Assembly: GCF_006345805.1 (NCBI RefSeq)
Contig: NC_043009.1
Location: 2,790,001-2,854,000, forward strand
Direction of reading: 5' to 3'
DNA length: 64,000 nucleotides
Source: Octopus sinensis
Taxonomy: Eukaryota
Shown here: positions 28,557 through 41,306 of the stretch, piece by piece
Layout: each line of letters opens with the position of its first letter
Position numbering within the stretch: the stretch's first letter is position 1
The notes under the pieces: model-generated
The model's database searches: none
What the model was told of the DNA's origin: nothing
The model's input: only the letters and a program-made list of their open reading frames with translations
Program-made: the position numbers and the translations under genes

Positions 28557-29103
28557 GCGTGAGAGAGCAGCGCATGTCATCAAAGTGACACTGGGGTAAA
28601 ATATACAAAGCACAGTATACCCATCATGACTACCAGTCTGATAAGGTTATACCAGGCACATGCATCACAACCATGTGTGCGCAACATAGTGACCTCATAT
28701 CAAGATAAACAGCGCATCACCTTGCAAGTGGGGCCCAGTTAGAATTTTCTTCTGGTCGAATATACTCTTTCTGCTCAAAAGCTCCCTGAATAAGGATTGT
28801 TTAAGTATGTTGAACGAAACACCCGTGTTTCCAAAGGGGTTTTATCAAAGCCCCAAGGAATTCTCCTGAACACATGGCTATATTGCTTCCCCACTACTTC
28901 GGCTCCTGATCAAAGAAGCACATATTGTCAACCACTAACGGACATGCTTTAACTACTTAAGGTCAAACAACTGACAAGCAAATCTGTTGTATTGAACATA
29001 ATATTTGCTGCAGCCCATTGTTTATACCAAGACAAAACAATATACATGACAACACTTTCAATCAGTTAAGATCAGAAGCCGTGAGAGCCACTGCCTGGTA
29101 CTG
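28557..29103 (-). mobile_element. Element X, near-full-length copy
   Basis: Reverse complement of the other copies. Ends CTCTCTCACGC|AATAAT in element sense. (ATT)n flanks on the plus strand. Confidence 0.8.
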
Positions 29104-29109
29104 GTATTA

Positions 29110-29168
<59 letters not shown>

Positions 29169-29386
29169 TTATTTTTTTTATTATTATCATTATTATTATT
29201 AATTGTACTACTATTACTGCTGCTACTACTACTACTACTACTACTACTGCTACTACTAGTACTGCTACTACTACTACTACCACTACGTGAACACTGGGGT
29301 CGATGTAATCGGTTATCTCTCTCCCCGAAACTGCTGGTCTAGCACCAACATTTTAAAGCATTATCATTATTATCATTAATATTCTC

Positions 29387-29593
<207 letters not shown>

Positions 29594-32469
29594 CGACTTT
29601 CTGCCGTTTGTTTAGTTTTTTCTTTGTTATTTTGAAATAAATAATATTAAAAATATTACTATGTCTTATACTGATGCTTAATATTAAATTTATATCTGGC
29701 ATTGTGTTAAAATCGGAAACCAAGATTTAATGTACTTTTCTATATCTCTGTTGTGTTTTCTCCTTATGTCTACAAATGTGCGTGTATGCAAAATAAATAT
29801 GCATGCATTTTAAACAATAATTTTATGTCTGAGAGCTGGAAGAATTTAACAATTTCAAAATCAAATTTTAACATATTAATTTTATTATAACATAAGAGAA
29901 TTTAATACTTTCGCAGTTATCTTTTTTGACGTTTGGTCAACGTCAAGCAGATAACTGGAAATGCAATATCGTCTCAACTAATGTTGAATTTATGTTAAAC
30001 TGCAACGTCTAATATATATTATAATTCGTTTTCCAAACACATTCACACACGTTGCATTCTGAGGTTGAATCAACAGCCATGTGTGGACTTTAAATAAACG
30101 CTTGAACATGGTTTATTTAATATTGAATGTCAGCTAGCATTACTACAATGATTAAACATTGAATCACCGTTAACTCGCAACGTTGAATAAACACCGGATT
30201 ATGACATATTTCGAAAATAAAGATGGACGTTCAATTCTGATATTAAATCAACATGTGATGTTGATCTTGAATCAATATTGAAACACGTTTCATTTTATAT
30301 GAAAACTGTTTGTATGATACGTTTTAAGCATTTTTCTAGCTTTAATATTTAATTATTAATGTGAAGCCAAACATAGTTACAGTTCAAGATCTTCAGTTTC
30401 ATAAACATTGAAACATCCGTAATTACCTCAGAAATACAGGCAGCTTTTCAGAGACACATTTTCTCACAGATTCAATATCGCCTTTATACGATGGTATTTC
30501 AAAACAACGTGTGACGAACAAGCAAACAAAACGATGTTCAAAAATCCACTTTACGTATCGGATATTTGGTTTATGAACTTATTGATCTCATCGAAACTTA
30601 TATGAATACCTCATTACTTAATATGAAAATAAGCAGCACAATACCAATCATTACCACAATCTCATTAAGATCTTAAGTCTAGCAATAGTTTTGTAGAAGT
30701 AAATTATATTACCACTTTTAGTTTGATTATTTTATACATACCATATTTACTAAGTAAATAATATACAACGGATAATTTGCATAAAAGTTGAAATATAGTT
30801 TATTTAATTATATACGAGCACTTTTGATAGTCAATAAAATTCAGATGCAGAATTCTGTACCTCGCCTCTTTAACTTATTTCTGTTTCACCATTCTTGAAT
30901 ATTTTAACTAAGCATGATAACACAAACATTATTCAGTGCATGTAAATAACTGAAATGCTTTATAAAGGGTCGTCAAACCTTCAATTTAAAAATTAATTTT
31001 AAAATCTTTTGGTAATTTCAACCAGTTTAAATTCATTCGAAACTTTCTCCCGCAAGAGTAATATTTTATTTTATGGAACTTAATCAAAAAATGTAATATC
31101 AATATTTCCAGCTTAATTATATTATACTTTTCCGGTATTTGAACATGGAACCATGTTTATGGTAAATGAAGCCTGTGAATTTAGCCGTCATTTTGATAGA
31201 CTGTACTTGATAGACTCTCAGTTACGTTTATCACTTCAGACTAAGTATTTATTTAATAATGAAATATGATATAAACACACTAACTTATATTTTATAAACT
31301 AAATACCAAAGATAAATTTAATGCACTCAAAATAATACATAATATTTAATAATTATGTATGAGAAAATGTTATTTAACATATAATATTCGCTGACTTGTG
31401 TTGATATTTTCTGAAGTAAAATAATTAACTTGTAGCGTATGATCTTCAAAGGCATTGTAAAGTATATATTTAAGTAAATTATGTGTATATCCATAACATG
31501 TTATTATCTTCTGAATACATAATGTAGATTCAGCATTGATTTATTGACAAGTAGTTAACTAATGCATATTTATTGACAATATTACCAGACAGACGCAAAT
31601 TTGAATTAACTAAATCATTCATTAAATTTTGAGGGTGGGATATTCGTCATACCATTATGTAGTACATATTATATATGGCATTATTTAAATTTGCTTGAAA
31701 GCACGTAGCGATGGTTTTGTTAGTTAGGAACAAAGAGTTAATACGAAATGCGGATTAGAATAATGCATCAATGCAGCACTATAAATGAGAAATTATTCAA
31801 GAATGCGAATATGTTAGATAAAGAAGTAGAGACAAGAGAATTACAACAAACACAAATGCACAAATCATTTGTTATTAACAAACTCTACAGTACACCGCAT
31901 TTAAACGAGAGAAAAGTTTCTGACTGAATATTTCAGACGCATTAAATTAAATATTTTATCACGTTTAATTGCAAACACATGCATAATTGGCCTAAATACT
32001 CAATATGTCCCAGTAATATGTAATAGCTCTGCAATTGTAAAATGGACGTTCAATAAACTAGCAATAAAATACTTTGAGCGTTTTGTATGAGCCTATAGAT
32101 ATTAAGGAAAACCATTAATCAGTGACGATGATTATGATTAAGATGGAGATGATGATGGTGAGGAGGAGAAGGGGTTGATGTTAATATTAGTGAGCTCTAT
32201 GTTAGATAGAAGAAATCAATTTTAATTGGAGATATTGAACCTAGTTCTCCGTATGTATTTTATTTTATCAACTCGGAATCGATAATGAAAATAAGTTCCC
32301 CCACAGCCAAGAGTTAGACATTTATAGGGTGGGGATCTAGTCAATTACACCGACGCTATTACTTATTTCATCGACACAGAACGCAAATTCGAAAGAAATG
32401 ACGTTAATCATTTTTCCAAGTGCAGTAAGTATTCTACTATCTTGCCAATTGCTGATAATAAAACTGAAA

Positions 32470-32487
32470 TAATAATAATAATAATAG

Positions 32488-32546
<59 letters not shown>

Positions 32547-32573
32547 TTAATAATAATAGTAATAGTAATAGTA

Positions 32574-32609
<36 letters not shown>

Positions 32610-32694
32610 GTAATATTAATAATAATAATAATAATAATAACAACAACAACAACAACAGCAACAACTATAATAATAATAATAATAATAATAATAA

Positions 32695-32769
<75 letters not shown>

Positions 32770-32785
32770 AATAATAATAATAATA
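32470..32785. repeat. Compound (AAT)/(GAT) microsatellite upstream of the family A insertion
   Basis: Direct reading. Confidence 0.95.
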
Positions 32786-35700
32786 AGACACCGGGGACGT
32801 TTAAGAGGGAAGACACCGGGGACGTTTAAGATGTAAGAAGGAAAATACAGAGCTCCGAAATCTATCCACAAACATCGAAAACAAGGACACCCTATGGAGC
32901 CAAAGACTTACTAACAAAGAATTGGACTATATCCGAGTAAGTAATACGAATTGAAATTTATTACTATTTTCGAAACGAAATGATGTATTTTGACTCGATA
33001 TTATCTCCACCTCTGACACAACACATATAAACATGCGTGGAACAACACGATCATCCCCGACCTCAAACACCATGTACAAAGGAACTACGAAGAAATTAAA
33101 TGCCACCGATACTATTCAACCCAAGAATAACAATCGAGCGGTACGTACATTAAACCTACATCAAAAATGTACGAAAAACTACACGTGCGAAATAATGTGA
33201 CAACAGAAATAAACGGACCGGTACCCTACGAAAATGACGGCCGTCAAAATAATGGGCCGGACGTTGTACCTCATGTCCCGCAATTAAAACCCAAAAGACG
33301 TAAATGGACACGTGAGGAATACATTTCTATCTTACACGCATACTTCACAGCAATGCTCTACCCACAAAATGAAAATACAACAACACATACATATAAAATA
33401 TGGAAGGAAAATAATAGAGATATAGACTTGGATACAGCAATGAACCCTAATAAATTAGCTAACGTACGAAGATACATTCTCATAGCCAAAAAAATATCAG
33501 AAATAGAAATAGAACATTTAAAAGAAAAAATACACCAGGAAAATGTAGATAGAACCCACACAACAATGCCCAATAATATAAACACTGAAACTGTAAAACA
33601 CGAAGACAAACGCAACATTCCCAACAAACACGATGTAAACAACGAAGGGGAGCCTAATGATTATGATAATATAAAAAATAAAATAATCAAAGAACTAAAA
33701 ACCACAGAGCTCAAAATGGACCACCGACCATACCTCCCAAGAATAAAAATAAACGCAATAACAACACCAATTATAAACAACATAAACCTAGCCGTCACTG
33801 AACTAGCCACTGATACAAAAAAAAAGGGATATCACTGAACTAAATGACCTGATATACGCAGCAGCCACTGCAGCCACAAAAGAAGCTGGATACTCACCCA
33901 AACCCGCCCAAACAGGAGTACCACCACCCAAACAAACCCTGTGGATAAATAACATCCAAAACAAAATAAAAAAAATTAGAAAAGACCTGTCGATTCTTAA
34001 TGAAATCAGCAAACAAGCAACGCTACTGAGCAACAAAAAGAGAACAAAAATGCTCCGCAAATATAACATCACAGAAAAAGATTTGCCGGAGATAAAAGAA
34101 AAGCTGAAGCAAGATATCCTTGCCAAAGCTCAAAGGATCCGCCGGTACGAGAAACGCCAACGCTTCTTTGAACAGAACAAAAAGTTCAACTCCGACCCCA
34201 AAAAGTGCTACCAAGAAATGGGCAAAAATAAAATAGAAGTCACTGCAGCACCAACGGCAGAAGAATTGGAAGAATTCTGGAAAGAAATATGGTCGGCGAA
34301 CGAACAGCCAAAAAAAAGGAGTATGAAAATAACAAACTCGGCATCTGAACAAATTTGGACCCCCATAACAACTGAAGAGGTCACCCAGGCACTGCAAAAA
34401 CAAAGCAACTGGAAGGCACCTGGGCATGACAAGATCCCCAACTTCTGGTTGAAATATCTAACAGGAATGCACAAAAAGCTGGCTGAAAACTTTAACAGCA
34501 TACTAGCAGAGCCAGAGACAATGCCTGAATGGCTCACGAAGGGGAAAACCATCTTAATTCCCAAATCAAATGAAACAACAAAACCAGAAAACTACAGACC
34601 AATAACCTGCCTCCCTCAAGGCATTTACTGCAGTGATATCGCAAAGGCTGAACAAGCACCTGGACGAAAACAAACTGTTCCCAGAAGAGCAGAAAGGATG
34701 CCGCAAGGGCTCATATGGCTGTAAAGATCAACTAATGATTAATAAAGCCGTAACTGAAGACAGCCACAGAAACAAGAAAGGCCTCAGTATGGCCTGGATT
34801 GACTACAAAAAGGCGTTTGATAGCATCCCCCACACATGGATCCTCGAAACACTAGCCATTAACAAAGTAGCACCAACAATCATAAAATTCATAGAGCACT
34901 CTATGAATAAATGGCAAACAGTCCTACACCTCCAAACAAAAGAGGGACTCATGAAAACCAAAGACATCCCCATTAGAAGAGGAATATTCCAGGGAGACAC
35001 GGTCTCTCAACTCCTTTTCTGCTTGGCACTGTCACCTCTATCTGATATGCTAAATAGAACTGGATGCGGATATAAATGTTACGGCAAAACGATCAGCCAC
35101 CTTTTATATATGGATGACCTAAAACTATACGCTGCAAATGACAAACAGCGGGAAACACTATTAAAGACAGTTCATGGATTTACCAAAGAAATAGATATGA
35201 AATTTGGATTAGAAAAATGGGCCAAAGTAACCATGAAAAGAGGAAAACTAGTTAAGAGTAACAACATCACACTAGATAAAACCAATGAAATTAAAGAATT
35301 AGACCAAAGCCAAACTTACAAATACTTAGGAATCCATGAACTAGATAAGACACAACACACACAAATGAAAGAGAAAATAAAAAAAGAATATTATAGACGA
35401 GTTAGATCAATACTAAAAACAGAGCTCAATGCTAAAAACAAGATAATAGGTATCAACACTTTAGCTGTCCCAGTTATAAGTTACAGCTACAATATCCTTA
35501 ACTGGGCACGAAATGAACTGTCCAAAATAGATAGGAAAGCAAGAAAAATACTTACAGGATCTAGGATTCATCACCCAAAATCTGACATAGAAAGACTATA
35601 TATACAACGTATAGAAGGTGGTAGAGGCCTTATACAGCTGGAAAACTACTATAAAATAACCACCATAGGACTGCAAAAATATCTACTTCAGAAGGAAGGA

Positions 35701-36764
35701 AAACTGATCCAGATAGCAGCAAAACACGAGCAAAACAAAAAACTGTTCTCAGTATTTAAGGAAGCTGAAAAAAACAAACAAGAAATCATACCACCTAATA
35801 AACACAAAGAAGAAGAAGAAGAAGATGAAGAAACAACAAAAGCTATAAAACAAATGAAATCCAAACTAAAAATAGAACAGCAACGAGCCATGATAAAACG
35901 ATGGCAAGAAAAACCCCTTCATGGTAAATACTGCACTAAACTGAACGCAAAAGAAATAGACAAAGAAAAATCCCAGCAATGGTTGAGAAGCTCAGGACTC
36001 AAAGCAGAAACAGAGGGATTTTTAATTGCAGCAAAAGACCAAAGCCTCCCCACCAGAAATTACCAAAAACATGTAATGAAAAGAAATATTACAAGTAACT
36101 GCAGAATATGTGGAGATGGACAAGAAACAATAAATCATATTATCTCTAGCTGCCCAGTCCTGGCTAAGAAGGAATATATTCACAGACATGACAGAGTTGG
36201 AACCTACATACATTGGAAGCTATGCCAACATTATGGAATAACAACAGAAAAAAGATGGTATAGGCACACACCAGAAAAGGTCACAGAAAACGAGAAAGCA
36301 ACCATACTCTGGGATATGCCGATACACACAGATAGAGAAATTAAGGCCAACAGGCCAGATATAGTTGTCAGAGATCATGAAGAAAGAAAAATGCTTTCTA
36401 ATTGATGTATCAATACCGGCAGATGACAACGTGTCTCTAAAAGAAATGGAGAAACTCTCAAAATACAAAGACCTGGAAATAGAGGTAACTAGAATGTGGA
36501 ACCTGAAAACAGAAACAATTCCTATCATAGTAGGTGCATTAGGCATGATAAAAAAATATTCAGACAAATACATAACAAAAACACCAGGACTTACAAACAC
36601 ATATAACATACAGAAAATTGCACTACTAGGCACTGCACACATCCTACGCAGAACACTTTCCATACAATAACCATCAGAGCATCACAACAAATCACAGCAC
36701 ATACCCAAGGCACACAGAGCTGCGCTCGGTAGTGAAGTGAAAGCACGCTATAAAAATAAAACTA

Positions 36765-36767
<3 letters not shown>
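32786..36767 (+). mobile_element. Near-full-length R4/Dong-like non-LTR retrotransposon (family A) inserted in an (AAT)n tract
   Basis: Single long broken ORF with RT, CCHC and RLE motifs. About 100-nt 3' UTR ends ...AAAATAAAACTACTG and runs directly into AATAAT. (AAT/GAT)n tract lies upstream of 32786. Confidence 0.92.
33033..36670 (+). pseudogene. Frameshifted family A ORF: N-terminal Myb-like region, reverse transcriptase, CCHC knuckle, restriction-like endonuclease
   Basis: Track ORFs 33167-33838, 34050-34724, 34633-36405 and 36365-36670 join into one protein. Motifs: RRKWTREE (N-term), NYRPITCLP, AWIDYKKAFDSIPHTW, RRGIFQGDTVSQLLF, HLLYMDDLKLY, CRICGDGQETINHIISSC, HRHD, RPDIV..LIDVSIP..EKLSKY. 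Frameshifts at the A9 run 33817-33825, at ~34616 and at ~36385. Confidence 0.9.
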
Positions 36768-36833
<66 letters not shown>

Positions 36834-36835
<2 letters not shown>

Positions 36836-37388
36836 TACACTGATGGAGTACCAGACAGTGGCACTTGTGGTTTCTGATCTTAACTGATTAGAAGTGTTAT
36901 CATTTACATTGTTTTGTCTTGGTATAAAAGCTACAGCAAATATTCTTCTCAATACAACAGATTTGCTTGGCAGCTGTTTGACCTTAATCAATTGAGCATG
37001 TCCCTTAGTGGCTGATAATATTTGCATCTCTGATCACGAGCAGAAGTAGTGGGGAAGCATTATAGCCATGTGTTGAGAGGAATTCTTTGGGGTTTGGATA
37101 ATTCACCTTTAGAAACACGGGTGTTTCGTTCAACATCCTTAAAAACCCACCCTTATTCAGGGACCATTTGAGCGGGATGGGCTACTCGACCAAAAGAAAA
37201 TTCTCACTGGGCCCAACCGCCAAGGCCGTGCGCGGTTGATCATGATATGAGATCACAATGTCGCGCACATACGGTTGTGATGCATGTGTCTGGTGTACCC
37301 TTATCAGACGGGTAGTCATGACGGCTATACTGGGCTTCGTATATTTTACCCCAGTGTCACTTTGATGACATGTTCAGCTCCCTCACGC
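36834..37388 (+). mobile_element. Element X, longest copy (~555 bp)
   Basis: Starts GATACACTGATGGAGTACCAG and ends GCTCCCTCACGC|AATAAT. Lies between the family A copy and the C/B chimera. Confidence 0.8.
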
Positions 37389-37468
<80 letters not shown>

Positions 37469-37479
37469 TAATAATGATA

Positions 37480-38848
37480 ATATGTGGTTTGTGATTCGTA
37501 TGATACCCCTCACATATATCCTACGGAAAAAGTGCATCGGGGTACATCTTGGAAAGTGGAGTAAGATTAAATCATCTGTTATATATGGATGACTTAGAAG
37601 TATTTGGGAAAACCGAATTTGAAATAAATGGCCAAGTTTCAATAGTGGAGTTATTCAGTAATTACATCGGAATGGAATTCGGGTTTAAACAGTGTGGTAT
37701 GTTTATAATCGAAAGTTGCAAATTAATGTTGTCTTCTGTGTTAGAGCTACCCAACTGCGAGAAAATCAAGGATATTGAGACTAATATTTGGTGATTTTAG
37801 AATACGACAAAATTAAGTAAAGGAAAATGATGGAAAGATTTAGACGAGAATATCTCAGAAGGCACCAAATTAATTATGGGAAGTAGACTTGACGGAAAAT
37901 GCAAGAACAGGGTATTGAATGCGAGATGGCGCAGGTGTTGTTAGGTAGACAAAGATGGAGTTTAAGGAAATGGACAGGAAAATCAGAAAATCAAGGACAA
38001 TTAACAAGGAACGACACCCACCAAAGCGATACTGAGGGTCCGTATGTGCCTAGGAACAGGGGAAGAAGAGACCTCACAAGATGAATGATCTGTGTTGTCA
38101 ACGAGTAGAATAGTCTGGGATGGTACATCAAACAGCAGAGTGAATCCTAGCTTGTCGCTGTTAGAATTAACAATACAATACCAGCCAAAATGTGATGCAT
38201 CCACAAACATTTAAGAAACAAGATGAAGTTGAAAGAGTAAACAATTGCATGGGCAATATCTCAGAAATCGAATGGAAAGACAAGATTGACACTTTGAGAT
38301 GGCTAAAAAAATGTGATCTGAAAGACCAAAAGCAATAAAGTCAGTTTATTGATTGACATGAGCATACTCTGTGATCGGCAAAAGAATTCATTAAGCTTAG
38401 AAAATATTAAGATTTGCTAATCGAAATCGAAAAAAAATGTGGCATCGCAACACGGTTACTATGTCAGTGATAGTTGAAGATCTTGGATTGATCAAAAATT
38501 GAGCTGAAAATTATTTTAGAATGATCGTTGGCTTACCATCCGTACAGCAAGCGCAAAAGATTCTCTTACCTTGCACATCAAACGTACTGAGAAGAGCATT
38601 GTGAATCGTATTTCCGTTTTTCACTTTTATTTCTAATTTTTCTCCTTCCTTTCATTTTTGCATTTTTTCATGTTTTACACTTATATTTCTTTGGTTTTCC
38701 TTTTTTTCTTTTTCAATTCACTTTTTCATTTTTTTTCTCATCTTTTCCCTTTTTCTCTCTGCATTTCTCCCACTTTTTCTCTATCAGATGACTTCGTAAA
38801 TGAACAATCTCTTCCCTACGTGTCAGGAAGACACTCGGCAAGAAATGG
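37480..38848 (+). mobile_element. Degenerate, apparently chimeric R4-like copy (family C-type RT part joined to a family B 3' end)
   Basis: LNHLLYMDDLEVFGK at ~37565-37610. From ~38319 the sequence matches family B 45584 onward at nucleotide level and ends with the same GGAAGACACTCGGCAAGAAATGG. Confidence 0.72.
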
Positions 38849-38919
38849 AAGAAGAACTGAAAGATGATAACGATGATGATGTTAATGATGATAATAATAA
38901 TAGTAATAATGATAATGAA

Positions 38920-39004
<85 letters not shown>

Positions 39005-40873
39005 TAATATTTTCAAATTTTGGTACAAGAGGGAAATTTCTGGGGAGGGAGTATATTCGATTAAATCAGCCAGAGTGCTTAGCTACTAATTAGTTTATCA
39101 ACCTCGAGAGGATGAAGTGCAAAGCTGACCTCGTAGGAATTTCTAATTCGAAACTGAAAATGAAAGGAATATAGCTAAGGAATATGTCTGCCGTGCCTAC
39201 TATTCTGCCTGCTGACAACTACTACTACATACCACCACCACCTTCACTACCACTATCACCACCACCACCTTCACTACTACCACCACCACCACCACCACCA
39301 CCACCACCACCACCACCACCACTACCACTACTACTACTACTGTTCATGCTGGTGATGCTTATGAGGATGCTGCTGATTATGATGATGATGATGACGGCGA
39401 CGATGACAACGCCGATGATGATGATGATGATGATGACGTCAACGACGACGATGATGATATTATCATAGAGTTAAGCCCAAACAGATTTTTATATTACGTT
39501 CAGCACAGAAAACCCTACTTTTAATTTGAGCATACAGTCTACACCCTATATCTTGTGTATCATAAAAGGTATTGTTTGAAAACTTATTAGCAATTCAGTC
39601 CACAGTATTTGCAACAGTCACTTTCTATGTCAATATCATGGCCAGCAGAATAATCAAAAAATTTCAGAAAGCATTCTCTTCACTCTGCAAGAAATTTCTA
39701 ATGGTATTTCCACCAAAGGTAGGAAATGCTGTACGCAGAAATATTCAGCGTGCGTCTCAGACGTAATTTCAATCCAATATTATCTCTGATAAATGTGGTG
39801 TGACTCAGAATGTGTCTGAAACTCTGAAGATCTGAGGTAGTTCAGGTATTCTAGAATTATAAATATCTGTAAATATTTTCAAGTTCTTTTCTTTACCCAT
39901 TCTGCATATGCAGCAGAAATGTTGCATTCGTCTGATTTTGATACATTTCGATACAATCATATTTATCATTTAAAATATTCTTTTCGATAACTTCAACCGT
40001 TCATCCTAAGCAGTTTTTTCGGCGTTTCGCTTCGATTCCTTTCCTTCGGTTTTGGTGTGTGCTTATGACCGGCCGACTAATTTCAATAGTGTTTGTTGCA
40101 GATGCTGTACCTGTTGTAAACGTTATGTTTTAACTGTTGCAGCAGTCGTAAAGTCAAAGTAAGACTGATTGGTATAAGTAACAAGAAGAAAACTGATTAG
40201 ACCAAACAAGCCAATGTAAACCTAATTACGGTCTATAAGAAAAAGAAACGAACATAATATGTAACTTTATAAGGAAAAAATTGAATTAACCGAAATAAGG
40301 CGAAGGTAATTACACATAGCAAAATGTTTTATGACAAGATAGCACGACTAGAAGAGTGGGAATGCGATGAAAAAAAATCAAAGTTGAACTACAAAGAGAA
40401 ATAACAATAACTGCAGAGAAGACACTCGGGATGATACATAATTTAAGTCACTGGATAGAGAGAAACAACGCTGGGATTCAAAATTGTAGCAACGCTCAAG
40501 CTCAACTAGAATATTTAGTCTGATTTAAGTGGTATAAGCTCATTCTATGCATAATAATACCTCAAAATATACCATGATGGTAAATATTCATTCCAGTAAT
40601 ATGACTGAGCTAGAAGCTTGCACATTTTAGCTGCTTACGTGCAAAAATATAATATAACCACTTTTATGAGTAGTACGTAAGTACCTCCTTTTGTATTTCG
40701 TTAATATTATGAATTTGTATTCATGTTCTTCAATATATGGAGTATAATAAATTTTGTATCTCGTATTTTGGATATTTATCATTATTTCCACAATATCATA
40801 ACCGAATAATCAACTTCTAATTGAAATATAAATAGACAGATAGATATATGGATGGATGGATAAATAAATAGAT

Positions 40874-40971
<98 letters not shown>

Positions 40972-41078
40972 CAAGAAGGGTAGTAATATTATTACTACCA
41001 GGTGCCCAGCACAAAAGACGAATTAGTCATAAGACAAAAATATTATTCATATAGAAAAATATTATTCATGTAGTTATA

Positions 41079-41273
41079 CAATTAAGGGCTCCTAAATAAA
41101 GATGCCGAGTGCTGGGAACGCAAAAAGGGGATGAATTTATCGAGAGTGAAAATCAAAAACGTTTACCGATAACTTAACAACTCGTACCGCGGTTTCTGCT
41201 TCTTTCTAGCAAAACACAGAATAAATTTGCTAAGGTGTTCCCAGCACTCGGCATCTTTATTTAGGAGCCCTTA

Positions 41274-41277
<4 letters not shown>
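41079..41277. mobile_element. MITE-like element with perfect 41-bp terminal inverted repeats and TA flanks
   Basis: CAATTAAGGGCTCCTAAATAAAGATGCCGAGTGCTGGGAAC at 41079-41119 and its exact reverse complement at 41237-41277. TA on both sides. Confidence 0.75.

Positions 41278-41306
<29 letters not shown>

Noticed and set aside
36834-36900. HDV-like ribozyme at the 5' end of element X
   Set aside because: A 3-bp stem with a 7-nt loop exists in the 29.1-kb copy (GGC-UCUCACG-GCU), but the loop lacks the CC and G pattern, and no P1, GG or J4/2 follows.
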